From positions 89,273-153,272 of the forward strand of contig PFAZ01000001.1 of the NCBI GenBank assembly GCA_002773535.1: a stretch of DNA of 64,000 nucleotides, written 5' to 3'. A program made the translations under genes and the position numbers. The stretch is from Candidatus Harrisonbacteria bacterium CG10_big_fil_rev_8_21_14_0_10_40_38 (GTDB taxonomy: Bacteria; Patescibacteriota; Minisyncoccia; UBA6257; 1-14-0-10-40-38). Every line of letters starts with the position of its first letter. The stretch's first letter is position 1. This document shows positions 1-9,597 of this stretch, one piece after another. A model generated the notes under the pieces. The model made no database searches. It saw nothing but the letters and a program-made list of their open reading frames with translations, and was not told where the DNA came from.

Positions 1-5
1 AAAAT

Positions 6-27
6 ATCCTGAGCCAAGCCGAAGGAT
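6..27. repeat. short palindromic REP-like element
   Basis: ATCCTGAGCCAAGCCGAAGGAT, imperfect hairpin (ATCCT...AGGAT). Confidence 0.45.
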
Positions 28-154
28 AACCTTTAAAAATAAAAAATAATACACTGACATTTTAAGACACATACTCTGTATGTGTCGTAAAATGTATATT
101 GTACGACAGGTAGTATTTTGGTTTAAGCACCCACGTGGATATGCTCTTCCCTAG

Positions 155-290
155 TTTTAATTGCAAGTCATCAGTCGTCAGTCTTAAGTTGTTAGTTGCT
201 TAACCCACTCACATTCACTATGTCGCATTCTATATTTCACAGCCTTAAGTTGTCAGTCATTGGTCTTCAGTTATCAGTTCTTCAGTTTTT
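155..290 (+). repeat. composite degenerate 7-mer tract
   Basis: TCAGTCG/TAAGTTG/TTAGTTG units plus ACATTCACTATGTCGCATTC (211-230), identical to 14438-14457. Confidence 0.75.
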
Positions 291-1281
291 TACTCGCCCT
301 ATAAAGCCCATACCAGAGCTTATTTAGCGGTAAATCCCACGTACCAGGATATGTAACTATAAAACCGCCAAAACTCTTCTTATAAGCCGTTATACCGCTC
401 CATCTTGGGTTTTGCTCGCTAACACCCCAAAAATCAAATACAGAGCATCCTCGTCGCTTTGCATCCATTATCGCCTGCCATAGTAATAGCGTCGGTGCAT
501 TATACCTTCCAAACCCGCTTGCAGAGGCCGAATATAGATATATTGCCGTCTTTCCGAAGTAAATTATTATCGCCGAAGACAAAACCTTTCCATCTTCCAT
601 TTTCGCAACAAAAAGATCCGCTTCGATACCTCCGCTAAGTTCAAGCACCGATTCGTAGTAAGCTTTTGGATAAGCTTTTAATTTATGTCGCGTGTTTGTC
701 TCGCGAAAAAGTTTCCAGAACTCATCAAAACTTTTTTTCTGGTTGGAAGAAGAAACTGTTTCAATAGTTATATTTCTTTTAAGAGCGGTCTTAATCGCAT
801 ATCGTGTCCCCTGCTCCATTTCCTTAAATAAAACTTTTTCTGATTTTGTCAAATCAATTACAAGAGTATGTTCTGGTTGTGCTTCGATAGATTCGACAAA
901 CCCAAGCGAGCGAAGAGTCTTTATTGCAAATGTCACATTTCCCAAATCAGAAGGAACCGGTTCAAGTCTCAAAAAAATTGTTTCTTTGGATAATTCTTTT
1001 TTTACAAAATCAACAAGCCTCTTTAGGGTTTCTGGGTATTCATTTATTAAAACTGGTCCACGCGGCGCGTAGAGATATCTTTTTTCATAAGGAAGCTTGT
1101 GCTCAGTAATAAGCGCCGCCATCTGTGAACTACCTATTCGCCAGATTTTTCTTCCACGCGCCTCCTGAAAATCTCCCCATTCCCAACTTTGCAAAAAAGA
1201 ACCGCCGTTTTCAGTTACGAACTTGTTCCAGTTATTTTGTTTAGCCGAATCGACATAATAGTGTAAAGATCGTCCCTCCAT
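274..1281 (-). CDS. FemAB/FemX-family peptidoglycan interpeptide-bridge aminoacyltransferase
   Basis: FLQSWEWG, YAPRGP, FLRLEP, FDFWG, YKKSFGG motifs. Confidence 0.9.
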   Translation of the reverse strand: MEGRSLHYYVDSAKQNNWNKFVTENGGSFLQSWEWGDFQEARGRKIWRIGSSQMAALITEHKLPYEKRYLYAPRGPVLINEYPETLKRLVDFVKKELSKETIFLRLEPVPSDLGNVTFAIKTLRSLGFVESIEAQPEHTLVIDLTKSEKVLFKEMEQGTRYAIKTALKRNITIETVSSSNQKKSFDEFWKLFRETNTRHKLKAYPKAYYESVLELSGGIEADLFVAKMEDGKVLSSAIIIYFGKTAIYLYSASASGFGRYNAPTLLLWQAIMDAKRRGCSVFDFWGVSEQNPRWSGITAYKKSFGGFIVTYPGTWDLPLNKLWYGLYRASKKLKN

Positions 1282-1289
1282 GAAAAAAA

Positions 1290-2582
1290 TTAAAGTGGTC
1301 GCGAAACGTACTCAAGCGGGTTTACATCACCACCAACCGGCATAGGACCGCAAACTCTTGTGCCCTTAACTAAGTATGTACTCGTCTCCCAAACAGTAAA
1401 GTGTATATGTGATCCGGTTGCCCAACCGGTTTTACCCATTCGCGCTATAAGCTGTCCACGTTCCACTTTTTGCCCAACAGTTACAAGATACTGTGAAAGA
1501 TGACCATAAAGCGTGGTAAGACCGTTATTGTGTTTTACCACGATGACTTTACCGTAAGCACCTCTTGGACAATAAGCGTCTTGATTTGTTGCAAATATGA
1601 CTTCGCCCGCCTCAGCTGCGTATATATCAGTACCAAGCGGAGCCGCGATGTCTATACCGTTATGCCAATGACCCTTGTAAGTCTGCAGCGCAAAAGCTGT
1701 CTGCCCATATCCTTGACTCAATATGCCGCCATTTACAGGCCACAACAAAACTCCCGGCCTCGGTATTGGCAAAAGATCGGTATCTATTTTTGATCGTAAT
1801 TCCTTTTCATAAGCTTCAATCTCTTTTGCGATTGCCTCTTGTTGTTCAGCAAGCTCTTTTAATTGAGATTGATATTGTTGCTCTTGTGATTTTGTAAGTG
1901 AAAGAAGTTGTTTATGTTCAGTTTTTTGATCCACTACAAGATCTTGTTTGTATTTTAATCCTCGCGTCTCTTGTTCCACATCCTGCTTTTTCTTATTTGT
2001 AAGAGAAAGACTGTCAGCAAGCGCCGTTCTTGCGTCTTCTAGATCACTGATTTCTTTACTCAATCCTTCGTTTATATTTGTAAGTGATTGCACCTCAAAA
2101 ACACTTTCAGCAAGGCTCACATTACGAAGAAATATTGTCAGGTTATTATCGTGATCTCTTTCCTGTAGCTCCCGAAGAAAATTTACAACCGCCTCGCGCT
2201 TTCTTGCCATCTCTTCTTCTTTAGCTGAAATATCAAAAGACAAAAGCTCTATCTCACTCCCAAGTTTATCTATTTTAATCTCGCTGGATCTTATTGTGAG
2301 GGATAGCTGATTAATCTGATAGTCAGATTGTTTTATGGCCTTGTTAAGCGACTGACCCTGTTGTTCTAGTTTGCTTATATTTTCCTGTGTTTTTTGAATC
2401 TGTTTATTTACCTCCTGTAGAGCAGATGTTTTGTCCTCAATATTTTTACGCAAATTTACTACCTCAGGAGAATCTTCTGAAACAGCAAAAACAGGCGCAC
2501 TTACTAGAACAAGTGACAAAATAACCGAAAAAGCCAAAAATATCTTAAAATATGAAAGTTTCATTTTTAGAAATTGATACAT
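1290..2582 (-). CDS. M23 family peptidase with N-terminal coiled coil (EnvC/murein hydrolase-like)
   Basis: signal peptide, long coiled coil, HNGID and HIHF zinc motifs. Confidence 0.9.
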   Translation of the reverse strand: MYQFLKMKLSYFKIFLAFSVILSLVLVSAPVFAVSEDSPEVVNLRKNIEDKTSALQEVNKQIQKTQENISKLEQQGQSLNKAIKQSDYQINQLSLTIRSSEIKIDKLGSEIELLSFDISAKEEEMARKREAVVNFLRELQERDHDNNLTIFLRNVSLAESVFEVQSLTNINEGLSKEISDLEDARTALADSLSLTNKKKQDVEQETRGLKYKQDLVVDQKTEHKQLLSLTKSQEQQYQSQLKELAEQQEAIAKEIEAYEKELRSKIDTDLLPIPRPGVLLWPVNGGILSQGYGQTAFALQTYKGHWHNGIDIAAPLGTDIYAAEAGEVIFATNQDAYCPRGAYGKVIVVKHNNGLTTLYGHLSQYLVTVGQKVERGQLIARMGKTGWATGSHIHFTVWETSTYLVKGTRVCGPMPVGGDVNPLEYVSRPL

Positions 2583-2617
2583 ACCAATTTAGCAAACGAA
2601 AGACCAGCTGACTAGTT

Positions 2618-4147
2618 TCAAAGTCCAAGATCGCCGCCAATAGACCCTAGTTTTTTAATAGCCACACCAATTCGCGATAAAGTCTCATTCTTTCCCAATA
2701 CATCCATTATCTCAAATGGCCCAGGGGAAGCTTCCTTTCCCGAAAGCGCAACCCTAAGAGGCCACAATACTGCTCCCCTGCCCACTCGATCCGAAATCTC
2801 GGACAAAACTTCTAAAAGTCTATTGGCATTAAACGAATCATCGGAAACATTAGAAATAATTTTCTCAACCGATTCCAATGTTTCGGCAACAACAGATGCT
2901 GGCGCATCCTGCCATATAAGCATCTTAGGCTCATAATCCGGCAGTTCAAAAAAGAAATCCGAAAGCTCTATAAAATCGGTTAATTTTTTCATCCGTTCCA
3001 TGCTAAAAGACAGGAGCCTGTCTATCTGTGATTCAGAAAGACCATCTGGAATAGTTGAAACATTTTTTATAGCCACAAGGAGATCTTTTTGAGAAAGCGA
3101 TTTTATATACTGTGCATTCATCCAATCAAGTTTTTGCCCATTAAACACAGCTCCGGCCTTCTGTACCCTTTCAATTTCAAAAAGTTTTACAAGTTCATCT
3201 TTGGTAAAAATCTCTCTTTCTTCACCGTTTTCATCAGCCGACTGTTCAGCGCTTGGATGCCACCCTAAAAGCGCCAAGAAATTAAATAAAGCCTCAGGAA
3301 GGTAGCCGTCTTTTTTATATTCCGACACCGCGGTGTCAGAAAATCTCTTAGACATCTTTGTTTTGTCCGGATTTAAAATTAGCGGCATGTGGGCATAATG
3401 TGGCACATGAAATCCAAGCGCCTCAATGAGCGCCACTTGTTTTGCGGTATTCGAAAAATGCTCCTCACCACGTATCACATGAGTTATCTGCATTTCAGAG
3501 TCATCAATAACAACAGCAAAATTATAAAGCGGATCATCGAGTGATCTTGCGATAACTATGTCACCGGAAAGTGACAAATCAAAAACGGTTTTTCCACGTA
3601 TCATGTCATTAACCGAAACTTTCGCCTCAGGCATTTTAAATCTAAGAACGGCAGATTCCCCATCTGACATTCTTTTCTCTGCTTCTGATGTAGGAACCCC
3701 TCTACACCTGCCACTATATTTTGGCGGCTGCCCTTGGGTCATCTGGCTCTGCCTCATCGCTTCAATTTCCTCCTTTGTACAAAAACACCAGTATGCATGT
3801 TTTTCCTCGATAAGTTTTTTTGCATACTTTTCATAAATCTCGCTTCTTTCACTCTGTCTATATGGCCCAAATTTTCCCAACTCGTTTTCAGTTTTTAGTT
3901 CCAAGTTTTTAGTTAATTGTGGTCCTTCATCCCAATCAATCCCGAGCCATTCCAAATTTTCCAAGATATTCTCTTCGTATTCTGGAAGAGAGCGTTCCTT
4001 ATCGGTATCTTCTACTCGCACAACAAAAACACCTTCATGTTTTCGTGCATAAAGCCAGTTAAATAAAGCAGTTCTAGCGCCTCCAATATGCAGATTTCCC
4101 GTAGGGCTTGGCGCAAAACGCACTCTTGGTGGCTTACTGGGAGTCAT
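2618..4147 (-). CDS. gltX: glutamate--tRNA ligase
   Basis: RFAPSPTG-HIGG, KMSKR, ITHVIRGEEH. Confidence 0.97.
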   Translation of the reverse strand: MTPSKPPRVRFAPSPTGNLHIGGARTALFNWLYARKHEGVFVVRVEDTDKERSLPEYEENILENLEWLGIDWDEGPQLTKNLELKTENELGKFGPYRQSERSEIYEKYAKKLIEEKHAYWCFCTKEEIEAMRQSQMTQGQPPKYSGRCRGVPTSEAEKRMSDGESAVLRFKMPEAKVSVNDMIRGKTVFDLSLSGDIVIARSLDDPLYNFAVVIDDSEMQITHVIRGEEHFSNTAKQVALIEALGFHVPHYAHMPLILNPDKTKMSKRFSDTAVSEYKKDGYLPEALFNFLALLGWHPSAEQSADENGEEREIFTKDELVKLFEIERVQKAGAVFNGQKLDWMNAQYIKSLSQKDLLVAIKNVSTIPDGLSESQIDRLLSFSMERMKKLTDFIELSDFFFELPDYEPKMLIWQDAPASVVAETLESVEKIISNVSDDSFNANRLLEVLSEISDRVGRGAVLWPLRVALSGKEASPGPFEIMDVLGKNETLSRIGVAIKKLGSIGGDLGL

Positions 4148-4189
4148 AATTACCCTTTATTTTATAGGGCAAAAGCCATAAATACCATA

Positions 4190-4218
4190 TTGACAAATAT
4201 ATTAAATTATAGTAATAT
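4190..4218 (+). promoter_or_regulatory. sigma70-type promoter
   Basis: TTGACA-17-TAATAT. Confidence 0.7.
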
Positions 4219-4259
4219 GCAAACAGTTCCAAATCTCACAAATCGACTGGAGATTAAAA

Positions 4260-4529
4260 ATGAGCATCACCGGCAGTATTATTTTTGCCGTTGTCCTGAT
4301 TGCAAGTTATGCTATCCCAATCAGCTTTACTGGATCCCTCTTTTTTAGGATCGGTAAGGCTGAAGAATACAGATCGCTTGAGTTTTTTCTTAAGTTGAAC
4401 CACCGGCAAAAAAAGCAGCAAATGCCCTCAAAAGCGACTCACGTCGCATGGGGCATCGCAATACTGGTTATCCCCTTTATTGCAGCGATTGTTCAGTTAT
4501 ACCTCCTCGGCTTTCAATTTCCTATCTAA
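4260..4529 (+). CDS. small hypothetical membrane protein (cassette)
   Basis: GGAG SD, two hydrophobic segments, own promoter and terminator. Confidence 0.65.
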   Translation: MSITGSIIFAVVLIASYAIPISFTGSLFFRIGKAEEYRSLEFFLKLNHRQKKQQMPSKATHVAWGIAILVIPFIAAIVQLYLLGFQFPI

Positions 4530-4562
4530 TAGGAATGGATCCACCTCTTCGACGATCACCCA

Positions 4563-4592
4563 GTTCCCCCTCTCGTAGGGGGACACTTTTTT
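4563..4592 (+). terminator. intrinsic terminator
   Basis: CCCCCT-ctcgt-AGGGGG hairpin followed by T6. Confidence 0.65.
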
Positions 4593-4601
4593 ATGCCACA
4601 G

Positions 4602-5765
4602 TTAGCCTGTCGCTTTTTGCATTCCACTCACGCTAAGTAAATCACTTGCAATCAAATTTGCCGAATCCGCAATAAAAAACTTTTTACCAGCCGCTTCCAT
4701 AGAGCTCCGCTTTTCTTGATTGGAAATAATCCCCTGAACCTCACTCATCAAAAGCGCCGGTAAAATATTTTCTTCCTCAATAACTATCGCCGCCCCAGCT
4801 CTTTCATACTGATAAGCATTTTGAACCTGATGATTATTTGCGGAAGTTGGGAGCGGTATGAGGATCGCCGGCTTACCAAGAGCCGCGAGTTCAAAAATCA
4901 CTCCCGCCCCCGCTCTCGAGATAACTACATCAGCCGATGAATATGCAGAAAGAATATTATTCGTAAAAAATGGGAAAAATTTATATCTCGCCTTGGTTTT
5001 ATCTAAAAATCTTGCGCTTAAAAACTCATATTGCTGAACATATTGCGTATAATTTTTTGACCCAATCTGGTGAAGAACCTGAAATTTTGATGTTAAAGTC
5101 TCAATGTTTTCCAAAACAAATTCATTTATATGTTCCGCTCCCTGAGATCCGCACAAAAAAAGCACCACAGGTTCGTTCGAATCAAAGCCAAACTCTATCT
5201 TCGATGCCTTGCTTTCCGAAACATTTAACAAATCAGATCTCACAGGATTACCAACTAAATGAGTTTTTTCTTTTGGCAAATACGCGGCAGCTTCCGAAAA
5301 AGAAAGCTCTATAAGTTTTGCAAATTTTGAAGAAAGTTTTGTTGTTAAACCGGGAATAGCATCCGATTCATGAACCACGATCGGCACAGTATAAAATCTA
5401 CACACAGCAACAACAGAAAAAGCTCCCGGGCCGCCTTTTGAAAAACAGACATTGGGCATAAACCAAAATATCTTCCACAATCCCTGAACAACGCTCATCA
5501 AAAAACGGAAAATATCAAAAAAGTTTTGTATATCAAAATACCTCCTCCACTTACTCGGGGTTATGTGAATTACTCTAACACTGGCATTTTCCAGAACTTC
5601 TCTATACTGCTTTGGATCTCCAAAATATCTTATATCCGGCTCATATCCACTCCCGGCTATTTGTTTTTGAAGCGCTTCAGCAACAGCGGCAAGAGGATAA
5701 ATATGTCCGCCGGTTCCCCCACCGGTCAAAAGCACTCTTATTTTTTTCAACTGACTTCTCGCCAT
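4602..5765 (-). CDS. murG: undecaprenyl-PP-MurNAc-pentapeptide GlcNAc transferase
   Basis: GGGTGGHIYP, GNPVR, GSQGA, SRAGAG, HQxxNA. Confidence 0.95.
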   Translation of the reverse strand: MARSQLKKIRVLLTGGGTGGHIYPLAAVAEALQKQIAGSGYEPDIRYFGDPKQYREVLENASVRVIHITPSKWRRYFDIQNFFDIFRFLMSVVQGLWKIFWFMPNVCFSKGGPGAFSVVAVCRFYTVPIVVHESDAIPGLTTKLSSKFAKLIELSFSEAAAYLPKEKTHLVGNPVRSDLLNVSESKASKIEFGFDSNEPVVLFLCGSQGAEHINEFVLENIETLTSKFQVLHQIGSKNYTQYVQQYEFLSARFLDKTKARYKFFPFFTNNILSAYSSADVVISRAGAGVIFELAALGKPAILIPLPTSANNHQVQNAYQYERAGAAIVIEEENILPALLMSEVQGIISNQEKRSSMEAAGKKFFIADSANLIASDLLSVSGMQKATG

Positions 5766-5804
5766 AAAATTTTATTTTTTTACCTGTTTTTTACCTGATA
5801 GACT

Positions 5805-5863
5805 TATTTATTTAGATTAATTAGTCTCTAAAATTTTAAATTTTGATTTTTTAATTTTAAATT
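5805..5863 (+). repeat. degenerate short-period tract
   Basis: TTAGATTAATTAG and AATTTTAAATTTTGATTTTTTAATTTTAAA. Confidence 0.55.
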
Positions 5864-6974
5864 AAGTGTATCTCGATATATTAACAGAAATACCCATCAT
5901 CGTAAGCATTATCGCGAGAGATGTTCCTCCATAACTTATAAAAGGAAGAGGAATTCCAGTGATCGGCACAAGCCCCGATATCGCTGCTATATGAAAAAAA
6001 ACTTGAAGCGATATCAATGCAGAAAAACCAATAAGTAACAACGACCCAAACTGATCTGGTGCGCGCTTTGATAAAATAATTAGTCGAAAAACAAGTACTG
6101 CAAAAAGGATTATCACAAAAGCTGAACCAAGGAACCCAAACTCCTCCGCAATAACTGCAAATATCGAATCCCCCTCCGGCTCCGGCAGATATCTAAGTTT
6201 TGTTGTCGATTGTCCATATCCAACACCTGTAAGACCACCTGATCCTATAGCGTTTAAGGCTTGGGTTAGATGAAATCCTGATGTCTGTGCGTTTTCTTCT
6301 GGATGCAAAAAAGTGAGTACGCGTTCAAGCCTATAAGGTGTCGAATATATAACAGCTGCAAAACCTATAGCAGCCAGAAGTCCAAGCAAAGCAAGATATT
6401 TCATCTTCGCCCCACTCATAAAATACATCGTTATAGCTACAACGAATAAAATAGTCGTCGTGCTGGTTGCGGGTTGTTTTAAAAGAAGTCCGACTATAAC
6501 AGCAGTCACAATCAAAAAGGGTATAAATCCCCTTTTCAGATCCTTTGTCCGGTTTTTATCAGCGCTAAGCCACGCGGCAAGATAAATTATCAAAAAAATT
6601 TTTACTATCTCTGATGGCTGAAAATTAACCGGACCTATCGAAACCCATCTTGTTGCGCCTTTTGCGGTAAGCCCCAACGGGGTAAATACAAGAGATAAAG
6701 CCACGATAGAAGTAATTAAAAAAATTAAAGCAAACTTTGCGTAATATTTGTAATAAATAACGCTCGCCAAAAGGAATCCCAATATTCCCACAGATAAACC
6801 GTTAATAATTTGTCTCTTCAAAAAAAAGTTTGCATCACCAAATTGTGATTTCCCAGTATTAGAAGATGCGCTTGAAAGCATGGCTAAGCCAAAAAGAACT
6901 AGTAGTACAGTGCATACCACTATCACGTAGTCAGGATTCTTCGGTTTTCTATGTCTAATCTTAAACTTAAACAT
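5862..6974 (-). CDS. ftsW: SEDS peptidoglycan polymerase FtsW
   Basis: GATRW, FQPSE, DSIFAVIAEEFG, LPFISYGG; start chosen at ATG 6974. Confidence 0.92.
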   Translation of the reverse strand: MFKFKIRHRKPKNPDYVIVVCTVLLVLFGLAMLSSASSNTGKSQFGDANFFLKRQIINGLSVGILGFLLASVIYYKYYAKFALIFLITSIVALSLVFTPLGLTAKGATRWVSIGPVNFQPSEIVKIFLIIYLAAWLSADKNRTKDLKRGFIPFLIVTAVIVGLLLKQPATSTTTILFVVAITMYFMSGAKMKYLALLGLLAAIGFAAVIYSTPYRLERVLTFLHPEENAQTSGFHLTQALNAIGSGGLTGVGYGQSTTKLRYLPEPEGDSIFAVIAEEFGFLGSAFVIILFAVLVFRLIILSKRAPDQFGSLLLIGFSALISLQVFFHIAAISGLVPITGIPLPFISYGGTSLAIMLTMMGISVNISRYT

Positions 6975-6975
6975 T

Positions 6976-8472
6976 TTATTTAGTTTTTCTAAGAACCATT
7001 CCAGATCTGCCACTTCCAACGAGATCCCCTTTGGACACCTCAACCCTTCCATTTACCAAAACATGTCTTATCTCGCTATCCTTAAAAACTGCAATATCAG
7101 CGAAATAGGTCGGCTTAAGAACACCACGATTATCTATTCCCAAAAGTGAAGCAGGTGTATAGGTTATTTTTTTAATAGCATCCTCGATCGGAACAAGTTT
7201 CATATTTGCAACAATTTCCAAAAAATAAGGAAAAGTCCTCGAGAGCCTGTCGTGTTCCAAAAACCCGTGATCAGTAACACTCGGAGAATTTGATACAATT
7301 ATCGATTGAGAATGTCTCAATCGATGAATTGCAAAATCAATATTAATATCCCTATACAATACAACAGCTTTCATTTTCGTTTCTTTCATCAAGAAAACCA
7401 GAGCCTCTGCGCAAGAAACCCCGTGATTTTTTGCTATCTCACCCAATTTTTTATGAACTAAATATGGAGCGCTCGGAGCATAAGCCACAATAAGACTTCC
7501 GCCATCAAGATATGGAAAGTTTTCTACTAGTTCGTCCTTTATATGGGGTGAAGAAATAGCCGAAAGCATATCTTCCAGTTTTCCTGTCTGTGCAGACAAA
7601 GGCAAAAGACGATAAATAGGGTAAAGACTGAACGGAAACGGATATAAATCAAAATAAATTGGTAAAGTCGCTCCAGCCCCCTCAATAAGCGATATCCCCG
7701 CTTCATATTCCTGTTCAAATCCCAAAATAGGGCGGAAGTGACTTATTAGAGTTCGCGCACCGGTATCTCTAGTGATCTGGATAGTTTCTTTTACAGATTC
7801 CTCTAACTCATTTGTTTCACTTCGGAGATGTGTTGTATAAAGCCCATTATTCTTTGCAGTTACAGCCACAAGTTCTTTTAATTCTCCATACGGAGTCATT
7901 TTTGCGTGAGAGTAACCAAGTCCCGTAGAAAAACCAAACGCGCCCTGAGACATAGCGCGCGAAAGAATATTCTTAAATGAATCAATCTCTTCACGCGTAA
8001 GATCACGCTGCTCACCTCTTGTGATAGCCCTCCTAACTGTAGAGTGACCGACAAGAGTGGCAAAATTCACTCCAATTCCATTAACTTGCAAAACATCAAA
8101 AAACTCGCCAACTGTATGCCAGTTAACATTCACTATTTGAGAACTCATCCACTTTCTCATTGAGATGAGAGATCCGTCTATAAGTGGTGCAAGCGAACCC
8201 CCACACATCCCACCAACAATAGTCGTAACACCTTGTTTCAAAAAACTGCTCTGCGAAGAGTCAGAAAAAATCGTGCCATAATGATCAGAATCGTTATTAA
8301 TATCTATAAATCCGGGCGCAACATATGCACCCATTGCATCAATTACCGTGTGCGCTGATTTTGTAGAAAAAGATCCAATCGCAGATATTCGGTCACGCTT
8401 TATAAGGACATCGGCACGATATGGTGGAACACCGGTTCCATCAACAATTAATCCGTTCTTTATAAGTACCAT
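6976..8472 (-). CDS. amidohydrolase-superfamily protein (N-acyl-D-amino-acid deacylase-like, degenerate metal motif)
   Basis: LIKNGLIVDGTG, VAPGFID, GVTTIV, RGVLKPTYFADIAVF; start probably ATG 8472. Confidence 0.85.
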   Translation of the reverse strand: MVLIKNGLIVDGTGVPPYRADVLIKRDRISAIGSFSTKSAHTVIDAMGAYVAPGFIDINNDSDHYGTIFSDSSQSSFLKQGVTTIVGGMCGGSLAPLIDGSLISMRKWMSSQIVNVNWHTVGEFFDVLQVNGIGVNFATLVGHSTVRRAITRGEQRDLTREEIDSFKNILSRAMSQGAFGFSTGLGYSHAKMTPYGELKELVAVTAKNNGLYTTHLRSETNELEESVKETIQITRDTGARTLISHFRPILGFEQEYEAGISLIEGAGATLPIYFDLYPFPFSLYPIYRLLPLSAQTGKLEDMLSAISSPHIKDELVENFPYLDGGSLIVAYAPSAPYLVHKKLGEIAKNHGVSCAEALVFLMKETKMKAVVLYRDINIDFAIHRLRHSQSIIVSNSPSVTDHGFLEHDRLSRTFPYFLEIVANMKLVPIEDAIKKITYTPASLLGIDNRGVLKPTYFADIAVFKDSEIRHVLVNGRVEVSKGDLVGSGRSGMVLRKTK

Positions 8473-8551
8473 AAAAAGGGCAAAAAAACTAAACGCCACT
8501 ATGTATTGTAGCATTCTATATCTACAAATTTATCCCCAAAAAACAAAGCTA

Positions 8552-9595
8552 TTAGAAAAATCTATTCAGGAAAAATAAAGCCAATCCAAGCGCGCTAAAA
8601 ATTGCCGAAATTATCCAGAACCTCATAGTAACTTGGCTCTCGGGCCACCCTAAAGCTTCAAAGTGATGATGTATAGGGGCGGAATAAAATATTTTTTTAC
8701 CCCTAACTTTTTTTGATAAAAGCTGAACAATGACGGACGCAGATTCAAGTACTAAAATTGGCGCAAAAAATGGCAAAAAAAGAGTTGTGTTTGTTAGCAT
8801 CGCGATAACACCCATGGTTATTCCAAGCGCCATTGAACCGGTATCACCCATAAAAAATTTCGCAGGATTAATATTGAACCACAAAAATGCTAGCAAAGCC
8901 CCTATGACTACACCACCAAAAGTAGCAAGGTCGTATCTCCCAAGGGCAAATGCCACCACGGTAAGCGCAATAAATGCAAAAAGTAATACACCACCGGCAA
9001 GTCCATCCAGCCCATCGGTAACATTAGCCGAGTGAGCGCTTGCAGTGATAATAAAAATAAATAACGGAATATAGAACCACCCGATACTCACCTGTCCTAT
9101 TAATGGCACAACTAATACATCCCAATCAAGTCTATAGAAAAACCAAAGCGCGCCTACGAATGCGAGAGCAAGGTAGAGCACCAACTTATCTCTCATACGA
9201 AGTCCTCCGCCATTTGGTCCAATTCTTTTAATTCCTAAAACATCATCAACCGCTCCAAGAGTCCCTGCAATAACCATAGCCGCAAGCGGCAGATATGTCT
9301 GAGCTCTATCGATAAAATTTAGATAATCCCAAAAACCGCCAAAAATTGCGCTCATCGCCCACAAAAAAAGAGCGATAACCACAACCGTCCCCCAAATCAA
9401 AACCCCACCCATCGTCGGCGTACCCTCTTTCTTTTGGTGTAGTTTGGCAAAAACAGGAGCTTTATCACTGGATCTTATTTGTTTCCCAGCTCTTAAATTG
9501 TTTAGATATTTGATTAAAATAGGCGCAAAAGTAAAAGCAGTCACAAACGCCACCATTGTAAGGGTTAGGATTTTTATTGCCGACAATAAAATCAT
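8552..9595 (-). CDS. mraY: phospho-N-acetylmuramoyl-pentapeptide transferase
   Basis: KEGTPTMGG, NVTDGLDGL, FMGDTGS, APIHHHFE. Confidence 0.97.
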   Translation of the reverse strand: MILLSAIKILTLTMVAFVTAFTFAPILIKYLNNLRAGKQIRSSDKAPVFAKLHQKKEGTPTMGGVLIWGTVVVIALFLWAMSAIFGGFWDYLNFIDRAQTYLPLAAMVIAGTLGAVDDVLGIKRIGPNGGGLRMRDKLVLYLALAFVGALWFFYRLDWDVLVVPLIGQVSIGWFYIPLFIFIITASAHSANVTDGLDGLAGGVLLFAFIALTVVAFALGRYDLATFGGVVIGALLAFLWFNINPAKFFMGDTGSMALGITMGVIAMLTNTTLFLPFFAPILVLESASVIVQLLSKKVRGKKIFYSAPIHHHFEALGWPESQVTMRFWIISAIFSALGLALFFLNRFF

Positions 9596-9597
9596 GT

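Noticed and set aside
57-95. 18-bp hairpin near the window start
   Set aside because: A real inverted repeat, but its context is cut by the window edge, so terminator versus repeat cannot be distinguished
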